From NCBI GenBank assembly GCA_963788655.1, contig CAWBHS010000023.1, forward strand, positions 19,053-83,052: a stretch of 64,000 bases of DNA. The letters run 5' to 3'. The position numbers were made by a program, and so were the translations under genes. This DNA is from an uncultured Verrucomicrobiae bacterium (GTDB lineage: Bacteria; Verrucomicrobiota; Verrucomicrobiia; Limisphaerales; JAFGQR01). Shown here in pieces: positions 34,960-46,597 of this stretch. Under the pieces are notes generated by a model. That model made no database searches, was not told the DNA's origin, and was given only the letters and a program-made list of their open reading frames with translations. How positions within the stretch are numbered: the first letter of the stretch is position 1; each line of letters opens with the position of its first letter.

Positions 34960-36321
34960 TCAGGAGATCTTCTTGGCCGCGATCTTCGCCAACAATTCAT
35001 CGCGTTGGGAGGCGTCTCCGGCGCCGCAGCCCGAACTGCCGGTGGGCAGGTGGGCTGGATTAATCGCGGCCCGGGCTTCGGCAAGATGGCCTTTGCCGAT
35101 GGAGAATCCGTTGAGGGCCTTCACCTGGAGTCCGTCCACGTACGGCTTGGGTTTAGCCCCGAAGTTGTATTTGACGTTCTTCCAGGTGTCGCCGCGCTGA
35201 TAGTTGGTGCCCAGCGCGCCGCTGGGATCGTAGCCGCAGTGGACCATGCAATTCTCACAGCGCGGATCGCGCGCCACGCCGTCCACCACGCCGTATTTGT
35301 CCCAATCCACCTGCTCGAGCATTTCCTGATAGCTGGCATAATGGCCGTCGGTCATCAGGTAACACGGCGCCTTCCAGCCCCGGATGTTGCGCGTGGGAAT
35401 GGCCCAGGCTGTGCAGGTCAATTCGCGTTTGCCGGCCAGGAATTCCTGATAAACTGGCGTGCCGAATATCGTGTAGTGATCACCCCAGTCGAGAATGTTG
35501 GCAAACTTCTGTTTGGTCATTTCGCGGGTCAGGAAGAAGTCTTCCGGTTTCCGGCCGAGGCGTTTGGTCATGTCTTTCTTGGCGGCGTCATAGTCATAAC
35601 CGGGCGAAATCGTGTGGCCATCGACTTCCATGGCGGAAAAATACTGGAACATCTGCTCGATCTCCCGCATGTCGGTTTCTTTGTAAACCGTCGTGTTGGT
35701 CGCCACCTGGTAACCGAGCATTTTCGCCATGCGGATGGCCGCCACGCATTCCTTGAAGACGCCTTCCCGCTCGACGATCAGGTCATGCGTGTATTCCAAA
35801 CCGTCCACGTGGACGTTCCAATACATCCATTGCGTGGGCTGGATCACCGGTCGGTGGTCGGACTTGCCCTTGCGAATCGTTTCCCGGTCTTTTTCCGAGA
35901 TCAGGTTTTCCCGGAGCAGCGCCTCAAGCTTGGGTTCGAGCGCCGTGGAGTAAATGCTGGCCAGGTAGTCCTTGAGCTTCTTGCGCATGAACACGCCGTT
36001 CGTGCAGATGTAAACGATCCGGCGCTGTTCCAGCAGACCGGCCACCAGTTCCTCGATCTTGGGATAGATCAGCGGTTCGCCCCCGCACACGGACACCATT
36101 GGAGCGTCGCAGTCCTCGGCGGCCGCCAGGCAGTCTTCGAGGCTCATTACATCTTTGAGGCTGGTGGAATATTCACGAATGCGACCGCAACCGGTACACG
36201 TCAAGTTGCAGGTGTGTAAGGGCTCAAGCTGCAGGACCAAGGCGAATTTGGGAGTGCGCCGCAGTTTGTGCTTAATGATGTGCCCGGCGATTTTCGCCGT
36301 CAGCGCCAAAGGAAATCGCAT
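34960..36321 (-). CDS. hpnH: Adenosylhopane synthase radical SAM protein HpnH
   Basis: LVLQLEPLHTCNLTCTGCGRI, CTAWAIPTRN, PCYL and DPRCENCMVHCGY (DUF3463) motifs. Confidence 0.9.
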   Translation of the reverse strand: MRFPLALTAKIAGHIIKHKLRRTPKFALVLQLEPLHTCNLTCTGCGRIREYSTSLKDVMSLEDCLAAAEDCDAPMVSVCGGEPLIYPKIEELVAGLLEQRRIVYICTNGVFMRKKLKDYLASIYSTALEPKLEALLRENLISEKDRETIRKGKSDHRPVIQPTQWMYWNVHVDGLEYTHDLIVEREGVFKECVAAIRMAKMLGYQVATNTTVYKETDMREIEQMFQYFSAMEVDGHTISPGYDYDAAKKDMTKRLGRKPEDFFLTREMTKQKFANILDWGDHYTIFGTPVYQEFLAGKRELTCTAWAIPTRNIRGWKAPCYLMTDGHYASYQEMLEQVDWDKYGVVDGVARDPRCENCMVHCGYDPSGALGTNYQRGDTWKNVKYNFGAKPKPYVDGLQVKALNGFSIGKGHLAEARAAINPAHLPTGSSGCGAGDASQRDELLAKIAAKKIS

Positions 36322-36326
36322 AGAGT

Positions 36327-36539
36327 TCAGGGGTTCCGGGACGCGCCGCTAGCCGGCGTCGCAATTATCCCAACGGGTGGTGAAGCTGGTTGCGGGACCG
36401 GGGCTTGCAGGACCAGTCCCGGCAAGAAGAACGAAGCCGGAGAAATGCTGTGCGATGCGTTGATACCGCTGCACCCCGAATTGAGGAGCCCGAGTACCAG
36501 ACCCGCGGCCAAACATAGCATTTTCCAACTCAAACTCAC
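36327..36539 (-). CDS. Small putative lipoprotein
   Basis: Hydrophobic signal ending LNSG-C; SISPASFFLPGL; lies directly upstream of hpnH. Confidence 0.6.
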   Translation of the reverse strand: MSLSWKMLCLAAGLVLGLLNSGCSGINASHSISPASFFLPGLVLQAPVPQPASPPVGIIATPASGASRNP

Positions 36540-36566
36540 GGTGTTAGTATAGATTTCGAAGCAACA

Positions 36567-37436
36567 ATGGCAACAGCTATTTCAAAAAAGTCGATTATTG
36601 TGACTATTAGCAAAAAACCGGTCCAGAACGGGTTGCGGACAACTTCCAAGTGGCTGCTCCTGGCCGCCGGCCTGGTGGGCTCGGCGCTTGGCGGTTTCGG
36701 CGGCGACGCTTATTCGGAAAATGCCCCAGCCTCCGTCATCACCGCCGCCCGCGAACGGGCCACCGAAGCCTATCAGGAAACGCGGAAGCGCTATCAAATT
36801 GCAAACGCCACCCCGGAAGCGGCCTGGCAATTTGCCCGGGCCTGCTTCGACGAAGCGGATCTGGCCACCAGCAACGCCGAACGCGCCCGGCTGGCGCAGG
36901 AAGGCATCACGGCGGCTCAAAAGGCGATTGATGTCGATCCAAAACTGGGAGCGGCCTACTACTACCGCGGCCTAAACCAAGGCCAATTGGCGCGGACGAA
37001 GAAGCTGAGCGCACTGGGTTTGCTCGACGATATTGAACAGTCTTGGACCCAGGCCATGGCCCTGTCGCCGGACTTCGATTATGCCGGTCCGCACCGTTCC
37101 CTGGGGATACTCTATCGGGACGCTCCGGGTTGGCCCTTGAGCCTTGGAAGCCGCACCAAAGCCCGACAACATTTGGAAAAGGCAGTAAAACTGGCCCCCA
37201 CCTATCCGGATAACGTCATCAGCCTGCTGGAGAGCTATTTGGAATGGGGCGACAGGCAAGCGGTCCAAACCCGGATGGATGCCGCCACGAAAGTCCTGGC
37301 GACCGCGCGCACGGTGTTCACCGGCAAAGCGTGGGAGCTGAGCTGGTATGACTGGAACCATCGCTGGGCAGCCATCCAAGCGAAAGCGGCGGTCAATCCG
37401 CCCAAAACTCTCAAAAGCCCACGCGAACGGGATTGA
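36567..37436 (+). CDS. Exported TPR protein (TatT-like)
   Basis: Signal/TM segment; AAYYYRG, YAGPHRSLG and APGWPLSLG motifs; start uncertain. Confidence 0.75.
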   Translation: MATAISKKSIIVTISKKPVQNGLRTTSKWLLLAAGLVGSALGGFGGDAYSENAPASVITAARERATEAYQETRKRYQIANATPEAAWQFARACFDEADLATSNAERARLAQEGITAAQKAIDVDPKLGAAYYYRGLNQGQLARTKKLSALGLLDDIEQSWTQAMALSPDFDYAGPHRSLGILYRDAPGWPLSLGSRTKARQHLEKAVKLAPTYPDNVISLLESYLEWGDRQAVQTRMDAATKVLATARTVFTGKAWELSWYDWNHRWAAIQAKAAVNPPKTLKSPRERD

Positions 37437-37443
37437 GGCGGCT

Positions 37444-39795
37444 TTATTGCAGGAGACGCACCCGGTAATAGTGCTGCCCGCCTGCCCCTCCCCCAACGTC
37501 CAAGTAAGAGTAGATCCCCCCGTTGCCAGGCACCGTGTCGAGCTGGACCCAGGTTGTTGGGTTGCCCAAGGCGTCCGCCCGCTCGATTTGATAGTGCGCT
37601 CCGTTTTGGCTCGTAAACCGGATCCGCACGTCCAAGTCACTGAGTTTGATGCTGGTGATCTGGATCTCAGGCTGTTCCGAAAGGTACCGCGCGGCCATCA
37701 GCGTGTACGTGCCGGTGCCCGTTGGCGAGGAATGCCGCACCAACAAATAGTAAGTGCCGGCAGCTTCCAACCGATAACAAAATGCTTCCGCTGCTTCGCG
37801 ATCCCGGAGATCCGAGTCAGCCTCAAACAGCGGTTCCGGATCCGTTGCAGAAAACAGGTCCAAAACCAAATCCGTGGCCAAGTCATCCTTTTCCGGGTTA
37901 CAATCCGCGCTCACATAAATCAGGCTGTTGGACGGGACGGTAATCGTGTAGTAATCCACGTCGCCCGCGGTATTGATTGCTCCCCGGAGCACTCCCTGGG
38001 CCGCCCCTCCGGACAATAGTATGTTGGCCGACTCCGGCAAATCGTTGGCCTCGGTTTCCTGGGTAAACGGCGCCGGGGTCAAAACCACGTACAATTGATA
38101 CGGGACGATGATTTGATCCGTTGCGGCAGCCTGGACGCGCAGAAAATACGAACCACTATTCGTCAGGCTGCGACCGGCAATCGCCGAAGCCAGTTCCCCG
38201 TCGGGTTCCAGGGTGGAATCACCGCCGTTGCCCGAGCCATCATCGTCATCTTCTTCGATCAGCGTCGTGCCGTTGGCGGCAAACAATGCCAGTTGCGAGT
38301 CACGCGAATTGGCGCCGATCCCCTGCGGTCCACCGGTGTCCACCAGCGTCCAGAGCAGGGAGCCCGCCGACGCATCGAACACAAACCAATCCGCATCGCC
38401 GTCCGGCGAAATCGCCAGGGGCAATCCCCCGCTCGCTTGGTCCAGCACGGCGAAACTGCTGTTAAATACCACCACGGTTGCGGTGCCGGGGGAATTGTCC
38501 ACCACCTCATCGTCATCGAGAATGATCAATTCCGTCGTGCCCGCCGTCCCCACCAGCGCCCCGCCCGTCGGGTGGCGCAAAGTGAGCAGTACCGTTTCGT
38601 TGGATTCAGTGAGCGTGTCATTCAGGATCGGCACCGTGACATATTGCGTCGTCACGCCTTCGGGAAATGTCAGCACCTGAAAAACCGAGGTGTAATCCGT
38701 CGCAGCCACCGCCGTCCCGTTGCTGGTGGCAAATTCAACCGTCACTTCACCCAAAGCCCCGCCGCCACGAAGCACTTCCAACGCAGCGCTCCCGTCGTTT
38801 TCCCGCACCAGATAGCTGGATTCGCCAAACAGCAGTGTGCCCGGCCCGCGACTGAGCACCATCAAGTGATACGGGGCCGGATCGGTCCCGCTGATTCCAT
38901 GGCGCACGCGGACGTAATAAGTTCCGGTGGCCGGCACGGCAAAGCAAAAGGCCCGCGATGCGTCATTCCGCGGGGGCAACCGCGGAAATTGGAGTTGGCT
39001 GGAGAAGAGAACCGTCGCGCCGTCGGTGCCGAGTAATTCCATGGCCAGATATAGTCCGCCCGCCCGAGTGGGATCACAATCCAGGGCCAGCAACAGGGTG
39101 TTCCCCGCCAGCGTCTCAATCTGGTAAACGTCTTCGTCACTGCTGGAATCGAGTAATCCCGAACGCAGCCCCAAAGGGGACAATAGAGTGATGATCGGTT
39201 CGGCGTTGGCAACGGTATCGTTGGGTTCCGCTTCCGGCACCGGATCCTCCACCGTCAAAGCCACGAACAAGTTGTAAGATTCAATTGGCCCTAGAAACGA
39301 TTCGATCCGGATATAATACGTGCCGCCTTCGTCAAGAGTCAGTCCGCTAATCGCGGAGGCTACGTCATTTGTCACCGTGGTTCCGCAGCCATTGCCCAAC
39401 CCATCGTCATCGTCTTCCTCGAGCGACGTTGCGCCATCGCTGGCGATGAGGCTCAGGTAGGGATCGGCAAACTCTCCGTCCACCACGTTGGTGGTATCGA
39501 CCAGGATCCAGACCTTGGCTCCCGGAGGCGCGATGAAGCTGAAATAATCGACATCGTCACCCGTCGCCAGCGCGCCAATCCCCACCGCGCTACGTGACGA
39601 CAAATTCAACGAGGTGGCCGTGCCGGCAAAATCGTTGGGCTCGACTTCGACGGTCTGGGGTTCCGCCTGGGCTTCCGGGGCTGGAAAACCGAGCGCGGCG
39701 GCGCCCAGAAACAACGCCACCGTCCAATCCTTGAATGCTTCGAAAATCCTAAGCCTCCAGCTCCGACCAACCGGAAGTGTACGACAGGTATTCAT
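37444..39795 (-). CDS. Secreted protein with PPC-like repeats, Calx-beta domain and C-terminal 'YYRV' putative sorting domain
   Basis: EVEPND / DVDYFSF / GTYYIR repeats, EDDDDG loops, Calx-beta (VRENDG...ATDY...LTF...ILNDTLTESNETV) and terminal YQIER...W...HYYRVRL. Confidence 0.85.
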   Translation of the reverse strand: MNTCRTLPVGRSWRLRIFEAFKDWTVALFLGAAALGFPAPEAQAEPQTVEVEPNDFAGTATSLNLSSRSAVGIGALATGDDVDYFSFIAPPGAKVWILVDTTNVVDGEFADPYLSLIASDGATSLEEDDDDGLGNGCGTTVTNDVASAISGLTLDEGGTYYIRIESFLGPIESYNLFVALTVEDPVPEAEPNDTVANAEPIITLLSPLGLRSGLLDSSSDEDVYQIETLAGNTLLLALDCDPTRAGGLYLAMELLGTDGATVLFSSQLQFPRLPPRNDASRAFCFAVPATGTYYVRVRHGISGTDPAPYHLMVLSRGPGTLLFGESSYLVRENDGSAALEVLRGGGALGEVTVEFATSNGTAVAATDYTSVFQVLTFPEGVTTQYVTVPILNDTLTESNETVLLTLRHPTGGALVGTAGTTELIILDDDEVVDNSPGTATVVVFNSSFAVLDQASGGLPLAISPDGDADWFVFDASAGSLLWTLVDTGGPQGIGANSRDSQLALFAANGTTLIEEDDDDGSGNGGDSTLEPDGELASAIAGRSLTNSGSYFLRVQAAATDQIIVPYQLYVVLTPAPFTQETEANDLPESANILLSGGAAQGVLRGAINTAGDVDYYTITVPSNSLIYVSADCNPEKDDLATDLVLDLFSATDPEPLFEADSDLRDREAAEAFCYRLEAAGTYYLLVRHSSPTGTGTYTLMAARYLSEQPEIQITSIKLSDLDVRIRFTSQNGAHYQIERADALGNPTTWVQLDTVPGNGGIYSYLDVGGGAGGQHYYRVRLLQ

Positions 39796-39884
39796 GTTGA
39801 GTGCTTTTTACCGCAGGTTTGCCGCATTATATACTCCTTCTTGGCCGAAATTTCAAATTCCCGCCGTCTGCCCCGTTTTCTTCG

Positions 39885-41010
<1,126 letters not shown>

Positions 41011-41033
41011 ATCACTTCCCCAGTTCAAGCTTC

Positions 41034-41068
41034 ACCGGCGATCCGGAAACGGGTCGCCGGTTTTCTTT
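41034..41068 (+). terminator. Intrinsic terminator after gap
   Basis: accggcgatccg-gaaa-cgggtcgccggt hairpin followed by tttcttt. Confidence 0.8.
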
Positions 41069-41098
41069 CGCCATGACAAGTTGACACACCAATCGCGA

Positions 41099-42613
41099 TC
41101 ATCCGTGTTGATCCGTGTTGATCCGAGGTTGATATGAATCCGCACGGCCGAACGACCTGCCGACCAGCCCCATAACCAACGCCACCCCCACCATGATCGT
41201 GAGCCCGATCAACGTGTACCACGGCCAGGCAATGTCGGCCTTCCAACGAGCGTTGATGACCACCATCAATCCGAGCGAGGTCAGCATGCCGGCGCCCACC
41301 GCCAGGGCGTTGCCGCGTTTCCAGAAGATCGCCAGCAAGAGTCCGCCCAACATCGCGCCGTTGGTCAGACCAACCAGCGTGAACGCCAGATTGAAAACCG
41401 ATTGCACTTCGCGGCTGAGGTACGCCACCAGCACCAGCACCACGCCCCAGGCCACGGTGGAATACTTGCTCAGCCGAAAATAAAACGCCTCGTCGCGCGG
41501 CTTTCGCGTCAGGCCTTTGAAGATGTCCATGGTGGACACGGACGCCAACGCCGCCATGGCCGCGCTGACTGAAGACATGGCCGCTGCCAGGATGGCGACA
41601 ATCAAGAATCCCTTAAATACCGGTGGCACCTCAGTGAGAATGAAAATGGGAAAAATGTAATCCTGTTGCGGCATGCCGGCCGCATTTTCAGGCAGCGGAA
41701 TCGCCAGGGCAAATTGATGGTAATAGACCCACAAAAAGCTGCCAACCAACAGAAACATCAGGAACAGCGGGGCGATGATCACCGCGCTGAGCACCAGCGA
41801 TTTGCGGCCTTCCCGAACTGAACCGCACGTCAGCACGCGTTGGACGATCAATTGATCTGCCCCGTGCGTGGACATTGCCAAGAACGTGGCGCCGAACAGG
41901 CCCATCCAAAGGTTGAACGGCATGGCGAACGAAAAATGAGTATTCAGCCAGGCCAGTTTTCCCCCGGCACCAGCGGCTTGAAAAACCGCCGCCAACCCGC
42001 CCTCGAACCGCGTCGGGATCAGGAACAGCACATACAGGCCGCCGGCCATGAACAGGACGAACTGGGCGGCCTCGGTCCAGACCACGGCCTTGATGCCGCC
42101 GACGGTAGTATAGATCAGCGACAGGACGACAAACAAAAGAATGGCGGGCAGAATGCCCATGCCCAGCATCAATTCCAGCGGAATGCAGGTTACGTACACC
42201 CGCACGCCGGCCGCCAGTGTGCCGGCAATCAGGAAAAACACCGCGGCCAATCGGCGCGCTGATGGCCCAAAGGCGCGGTCGAACAGTTGGTAGGGGGAAT
42301 AGATTTCGCCTTTGAAATAATGCGGCACCAGCACAACGGCCAGGATGATTCGGGCAAGCACGTAACCGGCAACGATCTGGATGAAAGTCAGATTCTGCTT
42401 GCCGTACGCCATTGCCGGCACGCCGACGAAGGTGAGCGCACTGGTTTCCGTGGCGATGATGGACATGCCCACGCCCCACCAGGGAAGGTTGCGGCTGCCC
42501 AGGAAATAATCGCGCGTATTCCGTTGGCCTTTGCCCAGCCATACTCCCAGGACGATCATGCCCAGCAAATACCCGACGATCACGGTCCAGTCTGCTGCCG
42601 TTAGATAACTCAT
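41099..42613 (-). CDS. Sodium:solute symporter (SSS) family protein
   Basis: DYFLGSR, SIIATETSALTF, GGIKAVVWT, DQLIVQR and AAAMSS motifs; many TM helices. Confidence 0.92.
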   Translation of the reverse strand: MSYLTAADWTVIVGYLLGMIVLGVWLGKGQRNTRDYFLGSRNLPWWGVGMSIIATETSALTFVGVPAMAYGKQNLTFIQIVAGYVLARIILAVVLVPHYFKGEIYSPYQLFDRAFGPSARRLAAVFFLIAGTLAAGVRVYVTCIPLELMLGMGILPAILLFVVLSLIYTTVGGIKAVVWTEAAQFVLFMAGGLYVLFLIPTRFEGGLAAVFQAAGAGGKLAWLNTHFSFAMPFNLWMGLFGATFLAMSTHGADQLIVQRVLTCGSVREGRKSLVLSAVIIAPLFLMFLLVGSFLWVYYHQFALAIPLPENAAGMPQQDYIFPIFILTEVPPVFKGFLIVAILAAAMSSVSAAMAALASVSTMDIFKGLTRKPRDEAFYFRLSKYSTVAWGVVLVLVAYLSREVQSVFNLAFTLVGLTNGAMLGGLLLAIFWKRGNALAVGAGMLTSLGLMVVINARWKADIAWPWYTLIGLTIMVGVALVMGLVGRSFGRADSYQPRINTDQHG

Positions 42614-43071
42614 GGGAACTCAATCACGTGCGGGCCATTACAGAAGATGGCCCCACCGCTTGGCGAGGGAAAAGTTGCGGGGGGAGGGGAGTCTCGGCGT
42701 GGCGGCGTATCGGCCGCCGCCACCGACTCTGCTGGTGGCCGGTCGCCGCTTTGACGCCGCTACGGTTCCGGAGTTCAATGGGTGAATCTCATCGAGGAAA
42801 AGTCGCCCCAAACCTTCCGGTGGTTCAGGGAAAGGTGACTTCCGGCGAAAGGGGTTGCGAATCCACCAGCGCTTCCGAAAGTCGCGTCACTGTATAGCGG
42901 GCGTTGAGCTTGCTTCTGCGGTTGTTGGCCTTCCGGCGTGCAAAAACCAACGTAGCGCGCAAAATATTTCCTGCGTCTTTCCCTGTAAGAGAGTCGGCAC
43001 GCAGTCAATCCGCTCAATTTGTCCCCCGGCGCGCAGTTTGCGCGCCGGGAATTTCCAGCCTGGCCGCCGAG

Positions 43072-43437
43072 CTACTTGCCAATGGATTTTTGCATGTTTT
43101 CCATGGCTTTATTGGCCTCGCCCTTGGCCTTTTCCACAGCTTCGCTGATGGCCTTTTTGATATTGGCAATCACGTCGGTGATGGCCTGCTTCTGGTCGTC
43201 GGTGAGTTTGGCATTGGCGCTGAGTTTCTGAAGTTCGGTAAGCGCCCCCTGGTAATTCTGCGCTTTAATTTCAGAGACCGCTTTGTCCGCGGTGGCCTTG
43301 ACCGAGGGATCCGCCGAAGCAAAACTCTTCTCGACCGGAGTCGGATCGACTGTGGTTGATTGTTCGGATTTGCTGCAACCCGCTACGAAAACGGTTACTG
43401 CCACAAGTGAAGTGAGTATCCAATTGATTGATTTCAT
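43072..43437 (-). CDS. Small helical lipoprotein
   Basis: Lipobox VAG-C after a hydrophobic signal; K/A/E-rich helices. Confidence 0.8.
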   Translation of the reverse strand: MKSINWILTSLVAVTVFVAGCSKSEQSTTVDPTPVEKSFASADPSVKATADKAVSEIKAQNYQGALTELQKLSANAKLTDDQKQAITDVIANIKKAISEAVEKAKGEANKAMENMQKSIGK

Positions 43438-43903
43438 TGTTGAGCCTTTGTTAGTTTTTGTGGGCGCACCGTAAAAGTTTGCGCAGCCCCTGTCAAATCC
43501 ATCCGGGCAGTTCCATCACGCCGCTTCAGCAATTTTCAAACGCGAGCTTCTAACAAACCCGGTCACTCGATTGTCGTAGGCGTTAGAAACGTACGAAAGA
43601 AAGCAAAAGATAGCGCTGTGTGTGGCCATCGATTGCGCCCTTGAACAGGGCATTTGCCCCCGGGAAATAGGGTGGATGAACCGGCATGCGTTGGCAAAAC
43701 GGGCACAAATCCAACTGATTCGCGTGGGTGGGCGTTCATCGCTGCCGCAACCAGCGGTTGGATGTGGTGTTACTCCAAAAACTGGAATTCTAGCAATATC
43801 ATGAAGAAACCTCCGGAGATTTGCGTGGTCAATCCGGTTACAACAACGCCGCCCACAGCTTGGGGCCGGTTCACTCCAGCAGTTTCGTGACGTATTCTGT
43901 TCC

Positions 43904-44524
43904 ATGAGCCCCATCGACGAATCCCAATTGCTCACGCGGTGCCGCCAGGGCGATGCAGCGGCGTGGGATGAATTGTTTGACCGGCACTACGCTGCTGCGA
44001 GCCGGTTCATCTTTCAATTGAGCTACAATTTCACGCGGGAAGACGTGGAAGAGATTTGCCAGGAAGCATTTCTGACGGTGATTCGTAATCTGAATACCTT
44101 CAAAGGCCAATGCCAGTTTCAAACCTGGCTCTTCCGTATCGCCACGAACAAGGCGCGCGACTACCGGCAGCGCCAGAATGCCGCCAAGCGGGGCGGCGGG
44201 CAGGTGCCGGTGTCGTTGCAAGCTGAAGATCCGGAAAACGGGACCGTTTTGGACCCTCCCAGCGATTCGCCAACGCCGGACATTTCGACGATTCAGGCGG
44301 AGAACCTTGCGTTGGTGGGCCAGGCGCTGGAGGAACTTGGCGATCCGTGCCAGGAAATTCTTTCCCTCCGCTACTTTGGCGATTTGAGCTACGAAGAAAT
44401 TGCCGACAGTCTATCGCTGCACCCGAAGACGGTCAGTTCTCGTTTGAGTAAGTGTTTGGACAAACTGGAAATCGTCGGCCGAGCGATAAATGGACGGGAG
44501 AAAAGAACGGCGGCTTCCGTCTAA
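43904..44524 (+). CDS. ECF RNA polymerase sigma-70 factor
   Basis: DVEEICQEAF, FQTWLFRIATN and LSYEEIA...TVSSRL motifs. Confidence 0.93.
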   Translation: MSPIDESQLLTRCRQGDAAAWDELFDRHYAAASRFIFQLSYNFTREDVEEICQEAFLTVIRNLNTFKGQCQFQTWLFRIATNKARDYRQRQNAAKRGGGQVPVSLQAEDPENGTVLDPPSDSPTPDISTIQAENLALVGQALEELGDPCQEILSLRYFGDLSYEEIADSLSLHPKTVSSRLSKCLDKLEIVGRAINGREKRTAASV

Positions 44525-44533
44525 TGAACTGGT

Positions 44534-46267
44534 ATGCCGTTTGAACCAGGCAAGAAAATTGAAGAACTGCTCCGAGCCTACGCCGCCCAGCGACGGGAAG
44601 AGAGCGGCGAGCCGTTGGCATTGCACCCGGCCAATCGTCGCCTGCTCCAGGACGAGGTGACGCGGACGTTTGGCCGATCCCGCAAGTCGAACCGATCGTT
44701 GTTTCAGATTCTGGGGCTGATGTGGCCTCGGTTGGTTTTTGCGGCGTCGCTTCTCGTCGTCATGAGCTTCGTGCTGTGGCGGTTGAGTGCGCCCAAACCC
44801 GCGGAGCAACAACTGGCCCGGAAAACGACAGAACCTCGGAGTTTCTCCTCAGTTCCCGCGAAACCAGGCAATGCCGGTAACTACACAAACGCTGACGAAG
44901 CAAAGGGAGGAAGTTCGCTGGCCCCTTTGAGCACTGTCGCCACCGCGTTAACCCAGGAGCTGGCCAACAACCTAGCCGACCGCAATCCGGCCAAGTCCAC
45001 CCAAGTGGATCGTTTGATGAAAGACCTGACTGCCGCCGCGTCGGCACGCCCCGAATCAGTCCAAGCGAAGTCGGCTACTCGGAATATTCAATCGGTTCAG
45101 ATTCCGAAGCCGCACCTTAGCGGAGTCGCCGCCGAGCCAAGGGCCGACGAAATGGCGCCAGTTGCCGAATCAAGTACTCCCGCCGCCCACGCCCCGGTTG
45201 CGGAACCACCCCTGGAAACCAAGCTCCAGGAACGCCGGTTTGCGCGAGTTTATCCGCCCGGCGGGCAACCGGTCACCCGTTCCAATCCCGAGCCTAGTCA
45301 ATTTGCCGTTGGCGGGGAAACGGCCGATTCAACGCAAATGCTCTCTCTCACCCGACAAAGTCAGGCGTTGAATCTCAGCCGAGGTTTGCGATCAGCCGTT
45401 GCTGGGAATGAATCAAACAAGAACCTGCGAGGCGGCACCGTCCCGCCGCCAACGATCGCTTCCCCGGCTCGACCTGCCGATTCGTTTACCAAAGCAGCCC
45501 CGGCCTCAACCCCGGCGGTGGTATCGTCTGAATCCGATGCTCAACCACCGCCATTTCTGGTGGCACAAGCACCTTCGACTGCTCCCGCGGCATCACCGCT
45601 TGAACCGGAGAGGTTGGAGCCAGCCCAACCCACTAAACGATTCGGAACGTCTGAAGGTCTCCTGAAATCGTCGAATACCGCGCCATATTTTTTTCGTTTC
45701 CAACAGGTCGCGCAACCAGCCCGGTCCCGCTCGGCTCCCGAACCGACTGCGGTTTCTGGCATGCTGGACAACTTCAATCTCGAGATAACCGGTGACCGCC
45801 TCCGGATCATTGATGCCGACGGCTCGGTTTACCTGGGACGGTTCAATGAGCAGACTACGCAAGCGGCAGGAGAAACCGCGCGCGCTGCCGGGGCGACCGG
45901 ACAAATTCGGAAAGCGGAAGCCACCAAGAACAAACCATTCCTGGGTCGCATCCAGGCTGCAGAAGGACACGCGTTCGAGGCCCAAGGCACCAATCGGAAC
46001 TTGAATCAAGTGGTGACGATTCGAGGCTATTTGTTTGCTGATGGACCGGGAACGTTGTCGTCCGCGTTTCAGTTCCGCAAGCCGGAGCAGCTTGGCTTGG
46101 GCGCCGGTATCGCTGCGCCGACTGGCATGGTGAACAATGGCGAGAGCCTGATCCAGCAGGCGCAGGTTAACACGAATCTCCATGTCCACCCTGTGCGCGT
46201 TGTTGGGCAAGCCGTGATTGGCCCAGACAAGGAAATCAAAATCAACGCGGTTCGCGTGTCCCCATAA
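44534..46267 (+). CDS. Putative membrane-anchored anti-sigma-like protein
   Basis: Follows the sigma gene by 9 bp; short N-terminal domain, one TM helix, long low-complexity linker and C-terminal beta domain. Confidence 0.6.
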   Translation: MPFEPGKKIEELLRAYAAQRREESGEPLALHPANRRLLQDEVTRTFGRSRKSNRSLFQILGLMWPRLVFAASLLVVMSFVLWRLSAPKPAEQQLARKTTEPRSFSSVPAKPGNAGNYTNADEAKGGSSLAPLSTVATALTQELANNLADRNPAKSTQVDRLMKDLTAAASARPESVQAKSATRNIQSVQIPKPHLSGVAAEPRADEMAPVAESSTPAAHAPVAEPPLETKLQERRFARVYPPGGQPVTRSNPEPSQFAVGGETADSTQMLSLTRQSQALNLSRGLRSAVAGNESNKNLRGGTVPPPTIASPARPADSFTKAAPASTPAVVSSESDAQPPPFLVAQAPSTAPAASPLEPERLEPAQPTKRFGTSEGLLKSSNTAPYFFRFQQVAQPARSRSAPEPTAVSGMLDNFNLEITGDRLRIIDADGSVYLGRFNEQTTQAAGETARAAGATGQIRKAEATKNKPFLGRIQAAEGHAFEAQGTNRNLNQVVTIRGYLFADGPGTLSSAFQFRKPEQLGLGAGIAAPTGMVNNGESLIQQAQVNTNLHVHPVRVVGQAVIGPDKEIKINAVRVSP

Positions 46268-46414
46268 CGGGCCGTCGGCAGCCTGCCGGCAGAGCGGACG
46301 TACCCAACCCGCGTTCGAACGTGAGGCAAGAAATCGAGCACACGCCCCTCGCTCGTATCGACTCCCCGCGGTTCAAGCTCGGTGGTGAGCGGATCGACTA
46401 TGGCTTTCGACCAT

Positions 46415-46560
46415 CGCGAAGCGTTGGGAGTGCGTCCGGCTTGCCGGCGCTTTCAGATGCAGAATGGCGATCCAATTGCTGACGTACGCCCTGGTTCCAT
46501 GCCGCGCTCGGGCGCAAACGAAAGCGGGAGCAAGCTCCCCGCACTCCAAACGCTGGCGCG
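46415..46560. repeat. REP-type inverted pair (GGAGTGCG...CGCACTCC family)
   Basis: cgcgaagcgttgggagtgcgtccggcttgccggcgcttt pairs imperfectly with aaagcgggagcaagctccccgcactccaaacgctggcgcg. Confidence 0.7.
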
Positions 46561-46597
46561 ACTTACTGTCTGTCTCTTCAATCTGAGCGCCAACCCC

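Noticed and set aside
41098..41132. atccgtgttg short tandem repeat (and the cttcaac tract at ~56478-56517)
   Set aside because: Real, but only 3-4 short units with no function that can be supported.
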